Shown here piece after piece: positions 55,170 through 64,000 of a stretch of DNA of 64,000 nt; the first letter of the stretch is position 1, and each line of letters begins with the position of its first letter. The notes below the pieces were generated by a model. That model did not search any database. It worked only from the letters and a program-made list of their open reading frames with translations, and was not told the origin of the DNA. The DNA is from an uncultured Acidobacteriota bacterium (GTDB lineage Bacteria; Acidobacteriota; Terriglobia; Terriglobales; Acidobacteriaceae): contig CAWJPE010000014.1 in assembly GCA_963844605.1 (NCBI GenBank), positions 132,707 through 196,706 on the forward strand. The letters run 5' to 3'. The position numbers were made by a program, and so were the translations under genes.

Positions 55170-56441
55170 ATGCTCGTTCTCTACAGCCTCGCCTTGTTCC
55201 TTGTCCTGTTGGTCGGCGCCCCGTGGTGGCTCTTCAGGATGGCGACCAGCGGCAAGTATCGCGAAGGCCTCGCGGAACGCCTCGGCAGCGTGCCGCACCG
55301 GGTACTGTCCACCGGGAACGAGCCAGTGATCTGGGTGCATGCTGTGTCGGTGGGTGAGGTGCTTGCCGCAAGCCGGCTGATCGATGAACTGAGCGCTCGT
55401 GCTTCCGATTGGCGTGTTGTCGTCTCAACCACTACGCGAACGGGGCAGAAGGTCGCGCGAGAGCGTTTTGGCGCTCATAGGGTCTTCTATTTTCCTCTGG
55501 ATTTTGCCTTTGCCGTGCGTGCCTGGCTGCGTGCCCTGCAGCCCCGCATGGTGGTGCTGTTGGAGACGGAGTTCTGGCCGCGTATGCTCTCCGAGTGCCG
55601 CCAGATGAAAATCCCAGTTGCCGTGGTGAATGCGCGCATCTCCGATCGCTCCTGGCCTCGCTATCAGGGGCTGCGCTTTCTCTGGAAGCGGCTGCTGAAC
55701 AGCTTTGCCCTGGTCCTGGCGCAGAGTGAGCTAGACGCTGAGAGGCTGACTGCACTTGGCGCGAGCAATGTGCGCGTGGGCGGAAATCTGAAATTTGGCA
55801 TCCGCGTGGAGAAAGCGGCGGCAGTAACTGAGGCTCTGCGAAAGAACCTGCCGCCCGGCTTGAAAGTGGTTGTCTGCGGGTCGACTCTCGAGGACGAGGA
55901 ATCGTTGATCCTCAATTCACTGCCGCCGGATATCGTCACCATCCTCGCCCCTCGTCACCCCGAGCGATTCAGGTCGATCGAGAAGCTGGTCTCGCAACGC
56001 AAGTCTACGTTCCTCCTGCGTTCGCGATGGATGGAGTCACCCTCCCCCATCGCCGCAGGCACAATCTTTTTGCTCGATTCGATCGGTGAGCTGGCCTCAG
56101 TCTATTCGCTCTCCGACCTTGCCGTTGTGGGCGGCGGTTTCCTCTGGCCGGGAGGCCACAACCCGCTGGAACCAGCGCAATTCGGCGTACCTGTAGTGAT
56201 GGGACCGCACTATGAGAATTTCCGCGACATCGTAGGCCGGCTATCCGACGCGGACGCGATTGCCGTGGTCGATCTCGACGAATTGCAGGACACGTTCAAC
56301 CGTCTTTTGACCGACGAGCGTGCCGCGCGTGAGATGGGCGAACGGGCGCGCAGGGCTTTCGAGAGCGAAGCCGGAGCGACCGAAGATGCGGTCGACGCGT
56401 TGCTCGAAATCGTTGGATTGCGCGAGGCAGCGCGCCGATGA
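55170..56441 (+). CDS. waaA: 3-deoxy-D-manno-octulosonic acid (Kdo) transferase
   Basis: N-terminal anchor, then IWVHAVSVGEV is the typical KdtA/WaaA motif. GT-B C-terminus GGSF-like (VVGGGFLWPGGHNPLEPA). Confidence 0.9.
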   Translation: MLVLYSLALFLVLLVGAPWWLFRMATSGKYREGLAERLGSVPHRVLSTGNEPVIWVHAVSVGEVLAASRLIDELSARASDWRVVVSTTTRTGQKVARERFGAHRVFYFPLDFAFAVRAWLRALQPRMVVLLETEFWPRMLSECRQMKIPVAVVNARISDRSWPRYQGLRFLWKRLLNSFALVLAQSELDAERLTALGASNVRVGGNLKFGIRVEKAAAVTEALRKNLPPGLKVVVCGSTLEDEESLILNSLPPDIVTILAPRHPERFRSIEKLVSQRKSTFLLRSRWMESPSPIAAGTIFLLDSIGELASVYSLSDLAVVGGGFLWPGGHNPLEPAQFGVPVVMGPHYENFRDIVGRLSDADAIAVVDLDELQDTFNRLLTDERAAREMGERARRAFESEAGATEDAVDALLEIVGLREAARR

Positions 56442-57400
56442 GTAGGGCCATCCTAGCTTCGCTCGTGCCACTCTACGCAGCGGCCGTGGGAGTAAAGAAT
56501 CATGCCTACGATCACGGCTGGTTGAAGCCAAAGCATCTCGAATCGCCCGTGATTAGCGTGGGCAATCTTTCCGTGGGCGGAGCAGGGAAGACGCCTGTCG
56601 TGATCCGTCTCGCGCAGTTACTTACTGAGCAGGGCCGAAGTGTCGATGTGCTCTCCCGTGGCTATGGCCGCAGCGCAGAGAACACGGCACGGGCGGACGC
56701 AGAGGGCTCCGCCGAGCAGTATGGTGACGAACCCATTCTCATTGTGCGCAACGCGGGTGTGCCCGTCTATGTGGGCCCTGACCGATATGAAGCGGGATTG
56801 CTCGCAGAGCGTGAACAACTCAAACCCCACCTGCATCTCCTCGACGACGGATTCCAGCATCGCCAGCTTGCTCGCGACCTGGACCTCGTCGTCCTTCACC
56901 GCAGCGATTTCGATGAGCGTTTGCTGCCGGCCGGGCAGTTGCGCGAATCGTTGTCAGCCCTCAAACGCGCGTCTGTCATAGTTCTGCGCACCGAAGACCG
57001 GTACCTCGAAGACGAGTTGCAAAGACGCGGCATCGACGCACCCATCTGGATTCAGCACCGCCGCCTCATGGTTGAACCTTCGGCGCGGAGCATCGCGTTT
57101 TGCGGCATCGCCCGCCCCGACGAGTTTTTTACCGCCCTCCGCGCAAGCGGAGTTGAGATAGCGGCGACATCTCAGTATCGCGATCACCACGTTTACACCG
57201 ATTCTGACCTCAAGCACCTCATCGAGCTTCGCGACACGCACCAGGCAACCTGCCTCGTCACGACGGAAAAAGACTGGGTGCGTCTGACCCCGGCACACAG
57301 AGCGCGACTAGCTCCCCTGAACGTAGCCCGCCTCGATGTCGTGTTCGAAAATGAGACAGCCGTCACTGCCCAATTACTCAGCCTGCTTGTGAGAAAATAA
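56438..57400 (+). CDS. lpxK: Tetraacyldisaccharide 4'-kinase
   Basis: P-loop VISVGNLSVGGAGKTPVV, plus SRGYG and LLDDGFQH. ATGA overlap with waaA. Confidence 0.9.
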   Translation: MSRAILASLVPLYAAAVGVKNHAYDHGWLKPKHLESPVISVGNLSVGGAGKTPVVIRLAQLLTEQGRSVDVLSRGYGRSAENTARADAEGSAEQYGDEPILIVRNAGVPVYVGPDRYEAGLLAEREQLKPHLHLLDDGFQHRQLARDLDLVVLHRSDFDERLLPAGQLRESLSALKRASVIVLRTEDRYLEDELQRRGIDAPIWIQHRRLMVEPSARSIAFCGIARPDEFFTALRASGVEIAATSQYRDHHVYTDSDLKHLIELRDTHQATCLVTTEKDWVRLTPAHRARLAPLNVARLDVVFENETAVTAQLLSLLVRK

Positions 57401-57404
57401 GGAA

Positions 57405-58451
57405 TTGTCTCCAGCAGAAAAGCAGTTCCGTGTACTCATCGTGCGGCTTGGCGCGATGGGGGATATTCTCCATGCCTTGCCAGCCATCACAGCCCTCCGC
57501 GCAGCGCATCCGGAGTGGTTTCTGGGTTGGGCGGTCGAGCCTCAGTGGCGCGACCTGCTCTGCGCCGGCGAGTGCGATCAGCGCGGCCCGTGCATGCCTG
57601 TGGTCGACGCAATTCATGTCGTGGCCGCCAAACAATGGGCACGCTCACCGTTCAGCGTGGGGACGCTACGCGATATCCAGCGAGTGCGCCGCGAACTCCG
57701 CGAGACCCGCTACGACATCTGCATCGATTTGCAGGGAGCTGTCCGCTCAGCTGTCATCGGCAAATGGGCGCGTGCGTCACGGTTGATCGGCGAAGACAAG
57801 CCACGGGAGCACGCTGCGCGGTGGCTCTTCGGCGAGCGTGTTGAAACGAGGGGAGTGCACGTCATCGAACAGGCCGTTGAAGTGGCGAACGCCGTCGCAG
57901 GTGAATCACTCCCGTTGATGTTGCCCTCGCTACCGACAGATGTATCGGCGGAGACGGAGGCTGATAGCATCGCAAAGCCCTTCGTCCTCATCAGCCCTGG
58001 AGCAGGCTGGGGCGCAAAGCGCTGGCCTACCGAGCGTTACGCGACGGTCGCGCGTCGCTTTCATGAGGCTGGATACAGAGTCGTTGTCAACACCGGACCG
58101 GGCGAGGAAGCGATTACGCGGGAACTTGTCTCCCTCAGCGGTGGTACGGCGACGGCTCTTCAGCTCACAATTACGGAACTCATCGCAGTCACGCGCCGCG
58201 CCTCTATCGCGATTGCCGGCGACACGGGGCCGTTGCACCTCGCCTCCGCATTGAGCAAGCCGGTCGTAGGCATCTTCGGCCCCACCGATCCCGCGCGCAA
58301 CGGACCCTTCTGGGGTAGCTTCAAAGCATTGCGCCATCCGGATAGCCGTCGCGACCACGCTCGCCATGCGGCGCCGGAGGCGGGCCTGTTGACCATCACG
58401 CCCGAAGACGTGTTCGAAGCCGCGATGGAATTGCTCGAGGAGGCGAAGTAG
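57405..58451 (+). CDS. GT9-family LPS heptosyltransferase
   Basis: VLIVRLGAMGDILHALPA and C-terminal GDTGPLHLASAL match the RfaC/RfaF family. I did not resolve which one. Confidence 0.85.
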   Translation: MSPAEKQFRVLIVRLGAMGDILHALPAITALRAAHPEWFLGWAVEPQWRDLLCAGECDQRGPCMPVVDAIHVVAAKQWARSPFSVGTLRDIQRVRRELRETRYDICIDLQGAVRSAVIGKWARASRLIGEDKPREHAARWLFGERVETRGVHVIEQAVEVANAVAGESLPLMLPSLPTDVSAETEADSIAKPFVLISPGAGWGAKRWPTERYATVARRFHEAGYRVVVNTGPGEEAITRELVSLSGGTATALQLTITELIAVTRRASIAIAGDTGPLHLASALSKPVVGIFGPTDPARNGPFWGSFKALRHPDSRRDHARHAAPEAGLLTITPEDVFEAAMELLEEAK

Positions 58452-59006
58452 ATGGCGGGCAGCTGGAGCAAAATCGCCAAGCGTATCCGCGTCCCCATGG
58501 GCTTCGCCTTCGCGCTGCTCTATCTTTGGCTGGCCCGGCCTACGCCCATGTTCATTGCACTAAGCCTGATCCTCGTCATTCCCGGAATTTGGCTGCGCGC
58601 TTACGCCTCCGGATACGTCAAAAAGAATATGGAGCTCACCGTAACCGGGCCCTACGCATTCACGCGCAATCCGCTGTATCTGGGTTCCATGCTCATCGCG
58701 TTTGGCTTCGCCCTGGCTTCTCGCAGTATCTGGATCGCGCTTGCGCTGGCCGCGCTCTTCGCCCTCATCTACATCCCGGTGATCCGCTCGGAAGAAGCAT
58801 TTTTGCGATCGAAGTTTGACGGCTTCGAGGCTTACGCTGCGCGCGTTCCACGACTACTGCCGCGCCTGGTTCCGGCAATGGCAGACAATGACGAGCGAGG
58901 CGCCTTTTCAGCGACTTTGTATCGAAAGCACCGCGAGTACAATGCACTGATAGGTGCGATGGCGATCTATGCGGCTCTCGCGCTGCGAATCTATTTCTCC
59001 AGATGA
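58452..59006 (+). CDS. Isoprenylcysteine carboxyl methyltransferase (ICMT)/phospholipid methyltransferase-family membrane protein
   Basis: LTVTGPYAFTRNPLYLGSML ... EEAFLRSKFDGFEAYAARVPRLLP matches the ICMT/PEMT pattern. Confidence 0.75.
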   Translation: MAGSWSKIAKRIRVPMGFAFALLYLWLARPTPMFIALSLILVIPGIWLRAYASGYVKKNMELTVTGPYAFTRNPLYLGSMLIAFGFALASRSIWIALALAALFALIYIPVIRSEEAFLRSKFDGFEAYAARVPRLLPRLVPAMADNDERGAFSATLYRKHREYNALIGAMAIYAALALRIYFSR

Positions 59007-59055
59007 ACGCATTCTTGGATAGAGCGCGGCAGCCTCGCGCAGGTGAGTATTTGAT

Positions 59056-59853
59056 TTGATTTGGCGTCCCGGATTCTTACGTATTTATAGAGTGTTTCCC
59101 ATCTTTACCTGCCTGCTGTTGCTGGCAACGCTTAACGCGGAGACACCCCAATTGCCTCCGTCGCTGCACGCTCCGCGTGCGGGCTTCACTTTTCCCGCAA
59201 AACAAACCCTGAACTATGCCGTTGACTGGCGGGTCTTCCCGGCGGGCATTGTCGCGTTTCATCTCGAAGCGGACGGCGATCAGCAGCGCGTCTCCGTTAC
59301 CGCGGACACCGTGGGCGCAGTTAATCTGCTGTTTCGTGTCAGTGACCGCTTTCAGTCTTCGTTCAATCGAGGCACCGGCTGTTCTGCGGGTTTCTCGAAG
59401 CAGATCATCGAAGGACGGCGGCAGGTGAACAGCGATCTGAAGTTCAACTACGCCGAGAGCAAGGGCGAATACACCGAGAAGAATCTCGTCTCCGGAATCA
59501 GTAAGCGTCAGGAAGTAACCATTCCGTCGTGCGTAACAGATTCGCTCTCCGCGATTTTCTACGCGGCCTCGCAGCCTATGACCGTCGGCCAGACTTTTGA
59601 AATGCCGCTCGGCGATACCATGAAAACCATCCCCGTAACCATGAAGGTGGAAGGCCGCGAAGAGGTGCGTACGCCTGCGGGAACCTTTCAGACGCTCCGC
59701 GTTGAACCGACTGCGGACGCGGGTGTCGTGAAGAACCGCGGCTACATCTGGCTCTGGTACACCGACGACGACCGGCACATGCCGGTGCAAATGCGCGCTC
59801 GATTTTTCTGGGGCACCATCACCTTCCGTCTGACTTCTGTCGAACAAAAGTAA
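59056..59853 (+). CDS. DUF3108 domain protein (secreted)
   Basis: LNYAVDWRVFPAGIVAFHLE ... GTFQTLRVEP ... IWLWYTDDDRHMPVQM matches the DUF3108 pattern. Confidence 0.8.
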   Translation: MIWRPGFLRIYRVFPIFTCLLLLATLNAETPQLPPSLHAPRAGFTFPAKQTLNYAVDWRVFPAGIVAFHLEADGDQQRVSVTADTVGAVNLLFRVSDRFQSSFNRGTGCSAGFSKQIIEGRRQVNSDLKFNYAESKGEYTEKNLVSGISKRQEVTIPSCVTDSLSAIFYAASQPMTVGQTFEMPLGDTMKTIPVTMKVEGREEVRTPAGTFQTLRVEPTADAGVVKNRGYIWLWYTDDDRHMPVQMRARFFWGTITFRLTSVEQK

Positions 59854-59856
59854 GTT

Positions 59857-60174
59857 CTACTGGATTCGATACCGTTCGCGCATCAGCCGCTGCAGGCGCG
59901 GCTTGTAGATGAGGTCGTAGGCGAGTTCCTTGTCGGGAAACATGGCGAGCGCGGCACGTCGGCTGTCGGCGACCATCTCCGACGCTTCATCGATGGTGAG
60001 CGTACTATCCTGCCCGATGACCGACATCACCATGTCCATCATCATTTGCAGGCGGCGCAGCTTGCGCTGCTCCTCTTTCAATTCTTCGGAGCTTTGTATC
60101 GGAGTTGCTTCTGAAGCGGGGTTAAAAGATGGATGGGGAAGATCCGCGGAACCTGCCGAGTCGTGTGAGCCCAT
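59857..60174 (-). CDS. Hypothetical protein
   Basis: 105-aa ORF filling the gap between convergent genes. Helical C-terminal half. No family recognised. Confidence 0.45.
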   Translation of the reverse strand: MGSHDSAGSADLPHPSFNPASEATPIQSSEELKEEQRKLRRLQMMMDMVMSVIGQDSTLTIDEASEMVADSRRAALAMFPDKELAYDLIYKPRLQRLMRERYRIQ

Positions 60175-60285
60175 GTACTCAAATTCCTCCCTTGCGAGGC
60201 ATCGTACAACGGTATGGACGCTCGCGGACGGAAAAAGATTCCTGCGCCTGTGGATCGCGCGGTGGGTGCGTCAAGTCAGTACACA

Positions 60286-62961
60286 TCACCGTCGTGTCGC
60301 CGCCCAGGGCTGCGCATCCACATGCTCGCCGTCGAGATAGAAGCTGGTGAGGCCGAGCATGTCCGTGCGATAAGTGGCTACGTGCGCAGCCTGAAGTTCT
60401 TCCAGAACCTCATGCCGGGGATGTCCATAAAAATTGCGCCTGCCCACCGAAATTTCGGAAAAAGAAGGAGAGACGGCAGCAAGAAACGCAGGTGTAGTCG
60501 ACGTTTTGCTGCCGTGGTGTCCCACTTTCAGCAGATCGGACTTGAGGCCGCCTGCAGCGACCATGCGCGCTTCGCTAGGCGCTTCCGCATCGCCCTCGAG
60601 CAGAGCAGAAGTCTTGCCATAGCTCACTCGCAGCACCAGTGAGTCGTTGTTGGCCGGAACGCTGCCGGGCTGATAATTGTTCTCCGGCGCGAGTACTCGG
60701 ATCTCAGTACCTCCAAACGGAAACGCATCCCCCGCACTGTGCCGCACGATCCGAGTCCTAATCTCTCTGGCTTCGACCAGCAGTCGATCGTACGCCGGTA
60801 CGTCGGGATTTCTCCCCACCCAAAGTTCGCGCGGACGGAAGTTGGCAAGAATCGCAGCCATTCCGCCGATGTGATCCGCGTGCGCGTGGGTGATAGCGAC
60901 CGCATCCAGACGTCGGATGCCGCGCGACCACAGCACCGGCGAGACAACGTCCTCGCCGACATCAAAATTCGATTCCGGTGAAGCCCCCGCAAGGCCTCCC
61001 GCATCGATCAGCAGTGTCCTGCCGTCGGGAGTCACCACCAGCAGCGAATCTCCTTGCCCAACATCGATTGCTGTTACCTCAAGCTGCCCCATGCGGCGCG
61101 TGATTGGACGCGGAACGAGTATCATAGCCGCGCCGAACGCCAGAGAGGCGACCGCAACACTGAGCCCGAAACGCCGCCTCCTCACCGCACAGATCGCGAA
61201 GATCGCCAGCAGAATCCATAAGGCAATGGTCCCGATGCCCGGCATGGGAATACGCATATCTCCTCCGTGCATCCCGGAGAAGATGGAAACGATTCGCAGC
61301 ACCGTGTGCAGGGTCGCCGCTGTGGCCGCTCCCGGAAAGAACGCTACCGAAGGCCAAAGCAGGAGCACAACGAACGTAAGCAGAGCACAGGGCAACAGCA
61401 CTCCCAGAAACGGCACGATCAGTAGGTTGACCGGCAATGCCAGCAACGTGACGCGATGGAAATAAACAGCCATCGGCAGCATCATGAACAGCTCAATCGA
61501 GAGCGAGACCACGAGCAGCTCTGCAAGGCGCAGACCCAGCCGGACTGCAAAGGGAAAGACTTTCCAGGCAAAGAACTTGCCGGTCAGAGGCCGCAGGTGC
61601 TGCGCCAGCATTCGAATGCTCACGCGAAACTGCGCCAGCCGCGGTGGCAGAGCCGGATCGATGCGCAGTACACTCAGATTTCGCATCGCGCGCAGGTACG
61701 GGCCGAAGGTCTGTTCCGCCACCGGAGCCGCAACCCCGGCGATGGCGAGGACCGAAAGCAGCGTCATCTGCAGTCCGGAATCGAAGAGGGAACTCGGGTC
61801 AGCCGCCAGCATCACCAGCGCCACCATGCCGATGGTATTCAGCGCCACCCGCTCGCGCCACAGCAGGCGGCCGATCAGATAAAGAGTCACCATCCAGAAA
61901 GCGCGCTCCACCGGCTGGCCAAACCCGGTGAACACGGCATAGCCAAACGAACCCGCGATCGTCACAAACGAGGCCCACATTCGTGAAAGCCTCAACCGCC
62001 GCGCGAGCCAGAAGATGATGCTCGAAAAAATCGCGAGATGCAGCCCCGAAACCACCAGCAGGTGAAACGATCCTGTTCGTTCAAAGCCAACGCGCACCCG
62101 ATGCTGCAGATAGCTGCGGTCGCCGGTCAGAATCGCGGTCAACATGGCGGCGTCGTCATGGTCGATCCGTAGGAATTCAGGCATGCGTAAGTTGGCGGCG
62201 CTGTCGGCTAATCCGATGAGTTGCGAACTGGCCGCCAGTTGGAGAGAATGCAGCCGGCATCCAACCTTGCTACGAGGGTCTGCCGCGAACACCGCGAAAT
62301 TCTCTGCCTTCACGCTGGCCAGCGCGCCGATCCCCTGACGCCGCAAATATTCGCCCGCGTCCCACACTCCCGGGTCGAGGTACCTTTCCTCGGGATGCAT
62401 GGCCAGCGTAGCGCCCACGCTGTCTCCGCAGGCGATACGTGGGAAAGCCTCATCGACAGGTGCGTAGAGGGTGGCACGCACGGTCGAGTCAGCGATGGAT
62501 CGCAGACGCATGTCGATCTGCTGGCTATGTTCTTCGTGCGTCTTCGTCGAGAAGGGCGTCGTAGAGATCACGCTGCGTACCGGACAAAGCCGCACAACCT
62601 CGCCCTCCACTATGCGCGGCGTGTTGTCGGCCAACAGGGTCAACTGCTTTTGCGGATTCACCACAGGTGCAATTTCGAAACACAGTATGCCCAGCAGTAC
62701 ATAAACCAGACCCGCCGATAGCCACGCCAGGCGGGAGACCCACGCACACGCGCAAGCCGCCACGGCAGACGCCGCCACCAGTGATAGCAGTATCCATCCC
62801 GGCAGAAACCAGAAGAAATGCGCGCAAAGAATTCCGATCGCGAAGCAGGCCGCCGCGAAGAGAGCTGGAGAGGCGATAGATCGCGACGTCGCAGCGGCAT
62901 TCCCTACGGGCGCCTGAGCCACGCCAGTCTGTGAATTCGCCGGAATGGTCGCGGTCGCCAT
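60286..62961 (-). CDS. comEC: DNA internalisation competence protein ComEC/Rec2
   Basis: Polytopic competence domain (LLVVSGLHLAIF), DUF4131-like N-terminus, and a C-terminal metallo-beta-lactamase domain (IDVGQGDS, THAHADHIGG, GHHGS). Confidence 0.9.
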   Translation of the reverse strand: MATATIPANSQTGVAQAPVGNAAATSRSIASPALFAAACFAIGILCAHFFWFLPGWILLSLVAASAVAACACAWVSRLAWLSAGLVYVLLGILCFEIAPVVNPQKQLTLLADNTPRIVEGEVVRLCPVRSVISTTPFSTKTHEEHSQQIDMRLRSIADSTVRATLYAPVDEAFPRIACGDSVGATLAMHPEERYLDPGVWDAGEYLRRQGIGALASVKAENFAVFAADPRSKVGCRLHSLQLAASSQLIGLADSAANLRMPEFLRIDHDDAAMLTAILTGDRSYLQHRVRVGFERTGSFHLLVVSGLHLAIFSSIIFWLARRLRLSRMWASFVTIAGSFGYAVFTGFGQPVERAFWMVTLYLIGRLLWRERVALNTIGMVALVMLAADPSSLFDSGLQMTLLSVLAIAGVAAPVAEQTFGPYLRAMRNLSVLRIDPALPPRLAQFRVSIRMLAQHLRPLTGKFFAWKVFPFAVRLGLRLAELLVVSLSIELFMMLPMAVYFHRVTLLALPVNLLIVPFLGVLLPCALLTFVVLLLWPSVAFFPGAATAATLHTVLRIVSIFSGMHGGDMRIPMPGIGTIALWILLAIFAICAVRRRRFGLSVAVASLAFGAAMILVPRPITRRMGQLEVTAIDVGQGDSLLVVTPDGRTLLIDAGGLAGASPESNFDVGEDVVSPVLWSRGIRRLDAVAITHAHADHIGGMAAILANFRPRELWVGRNPDVPAYDRLLVEAREIRTRIVRHSAGDAFPFGGTEIRVLAPENNYQPGSVPANNDSLVLRVSYGKTSALLEGDAEAPSEARMVAAGGLKSDLLKVGHHGSKTSTTPAFLAAVSPSFSEISVGRRNFYGHPRHEVLEELQAAHVATYRTDMLGLTSFYLDGEHVDAQPWAATRR

Positions 62962-62995
62962 CTGAAACCATCACCGCAAACGGCGCGCGACAGAA

Positions 62996-64000
62996 CTAGC
63001 CCAGCGACAGCATCGCAACGCTTTCCAGGTGGAAAGTCTGCGGAAACAGATCCACCAAGTACATGTTCTTGAGGTGATAGCCAGAGTCTAGCAGCGATTT
63101 TAGATCGCGCGACAAAGTCGCCGGATCGCACGAAACGTAAGTAATGTACTCAGGGCGAATCCCCCCCAGAAGCGCCGTGACCTCCTTGCCCAGTCCGGCG
63201 CGGGGCGGATCGACAACTACGAGATCAGGCCTCGCCTGTCTCCCCGCCCCGCGCAGAAAATCAAGTGTGCTCGAAGCCAACACGCGGTGCGGGTTGCCAC
63301 TGAGGTTTCGTCGCAAATCGCGAACTAAGCGTGCAGCCGATTCGACAGCAACGACTTGCCCGAAACGCGAGGCCAGTGCGTGCGCAAACAGACCCACTCC
63401 GGCATAGAGATCCCACGCGAGCGTTCCCGACTGGCCCCCAACCACCAACTCGACGAGCGCATCGATCAGGAAACGATTCACCTGAAAGAACGACCCCAGG
63501 CTCACGCGATAATCATGACCGGCCGCGTTGTAGGTAAGCGCCTGCTCGCCCGTCTGTGCGAGCAATCTTTGCTGCTTGCTGTGCTCGGAAGATAGAACAG
63601 CAGCGCCGCCGATTTGCGGGATCGCTTCAACTAGCTGCGGCCAGAGCCGTTGAAGATCCTCCTTGGCCACCTTCACTCCGCGGCTGCTCCAAAGCGTAAC
63701 CAGAACCTCACTCTGTTCCGCATTCGTAAAGAGCTCGACTTCATCAAAACCCTCGCCGAGCCATTGTCTCCCGTTGCTCTGGATAGTTCTGAGAGCGTCT
63801 TCGAGAACCGGCGCGGCAATGGGGCATGCATCGACCGGCAGATTCGCATGCGATCCGCGTTTTTTGTAGCACAGCATCGAGGAGGTGCGATCTACATGCA
63901 GCCGGATGCGGTTCCGGTAGCCCAGCGGCTCGCCCTGCACCAGCGTGATCGCGGGAATCTCCTTCAGATGAGCGCGTTCCAGGCTCTCGCTTAGAATCTG
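62996..64000 (-). CDS. RumA/TrmA-family 23S rRNA (uracil-C5)-methyltransferase-like, 5' end outside the window
   Basis: LGYRNRIRL, the SAM motif AWDLYAGVGLFA, DPPRAG, and the catalytic Cys in ITYVSCDPATLSRDL. The frame stays open to position 64000. Confidence 0.85.
   Translation of the reverse strand, partial: QILSESLERAHLKEIPAITLVQGEPLGYRNRIRLHVDRTSSMLCYKKRGSHANLPVDACPIAAPVLEDALRTIQSNGRQWLGEGFDEVELFTNAEQSEVLVTLWSSRGVKVAKEDLQRLWPQLVEAIPQIGGAAVLSSEHSKQQRLLAQTGEQALTYNAAGHDYRVSLGSFFQVNRFLIDALVELVVGGQSGTLAWDLYAGVGLFAHALASRFGQVVAVESAARLVRDLRRNLSGNPHRVLASSTLDFLRGAGRQARPDLVVVDPPRAGLGKEVTALLGGIRPEYITYVSCDPATLSRDLKSLLDSGYHLKNMYLVDLFPQTFHLESVAMLSLG

Noticed and set aside
59077-59847. 256-aa minus-strand ORF
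   Set aside because: It is antisense to the DUF3108 gene, whose product has a signal peptide and family-typical motifs. The antisense product is Arg-rich.

Overview
About 60% G+C chromosomal DNA. The gene content points to Acidobacteriota (Terriglobia/Acidobacteriaceae-like): an ADOP-type duplicated MacB/FtsX permease, a CarboxypepD_reg-TonB receptor, an FG-GAP/ASPIC-UnbV protein and several DinB-fold genes. I call about 60 CDS. I saw no rRNA, tRNA, CRISPR array, integrase or transposase.

Most of the window is housekeeping:
- rimP-nusA-infB ... DUF503-rbfA-nrnA
- guaB, tldD/pmbA, der, a DinG-like helicase, queD-queE
- waaA-lpxK-heptosyltransferase, comEC, a RumA-like methyltransferase
- an ECF sigma/anti-sigma pair
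- a VKOR/DsbA pair and a CusF-SCO1 fusion

Accessory or odd loci:
1. An AT-richer two-gene islet at about 29.4-31.6 kb. It encodes an OST-HTH-like protein plus a His-motif protein of no family I recognise. It ends in a strong terminator and is flanked by an imperfect direct repeat. This is my best candidate for an undescribed (defence/TA-like) system.
2. A four-gene accessory block wedged between infB and DUF503-rbfA. It holds a minimal nucleotidyltransferase with an overlapping small partner, an HEGLGH membrane protein and a 56-aa Cys-rich peptide.
3. An unannotated 35-aa secreted poly-His micropeptide upstream of a YfiT-like gene.
4. A 15-bp-periodic AGCTAA repeat array with an inverted copy.
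5. A 522-aa protein with a RecB-type D-x13-ExK/QxxxY nuclease motif.
6. A UvrC-N-terminal-like protein.
7. A parDE module.

All family assignments come from motif recognition by eye, not from searches. Many long ORFs in the supplied track are antisense shadow ORFs typical of high-GC DNA, and I rejected them.
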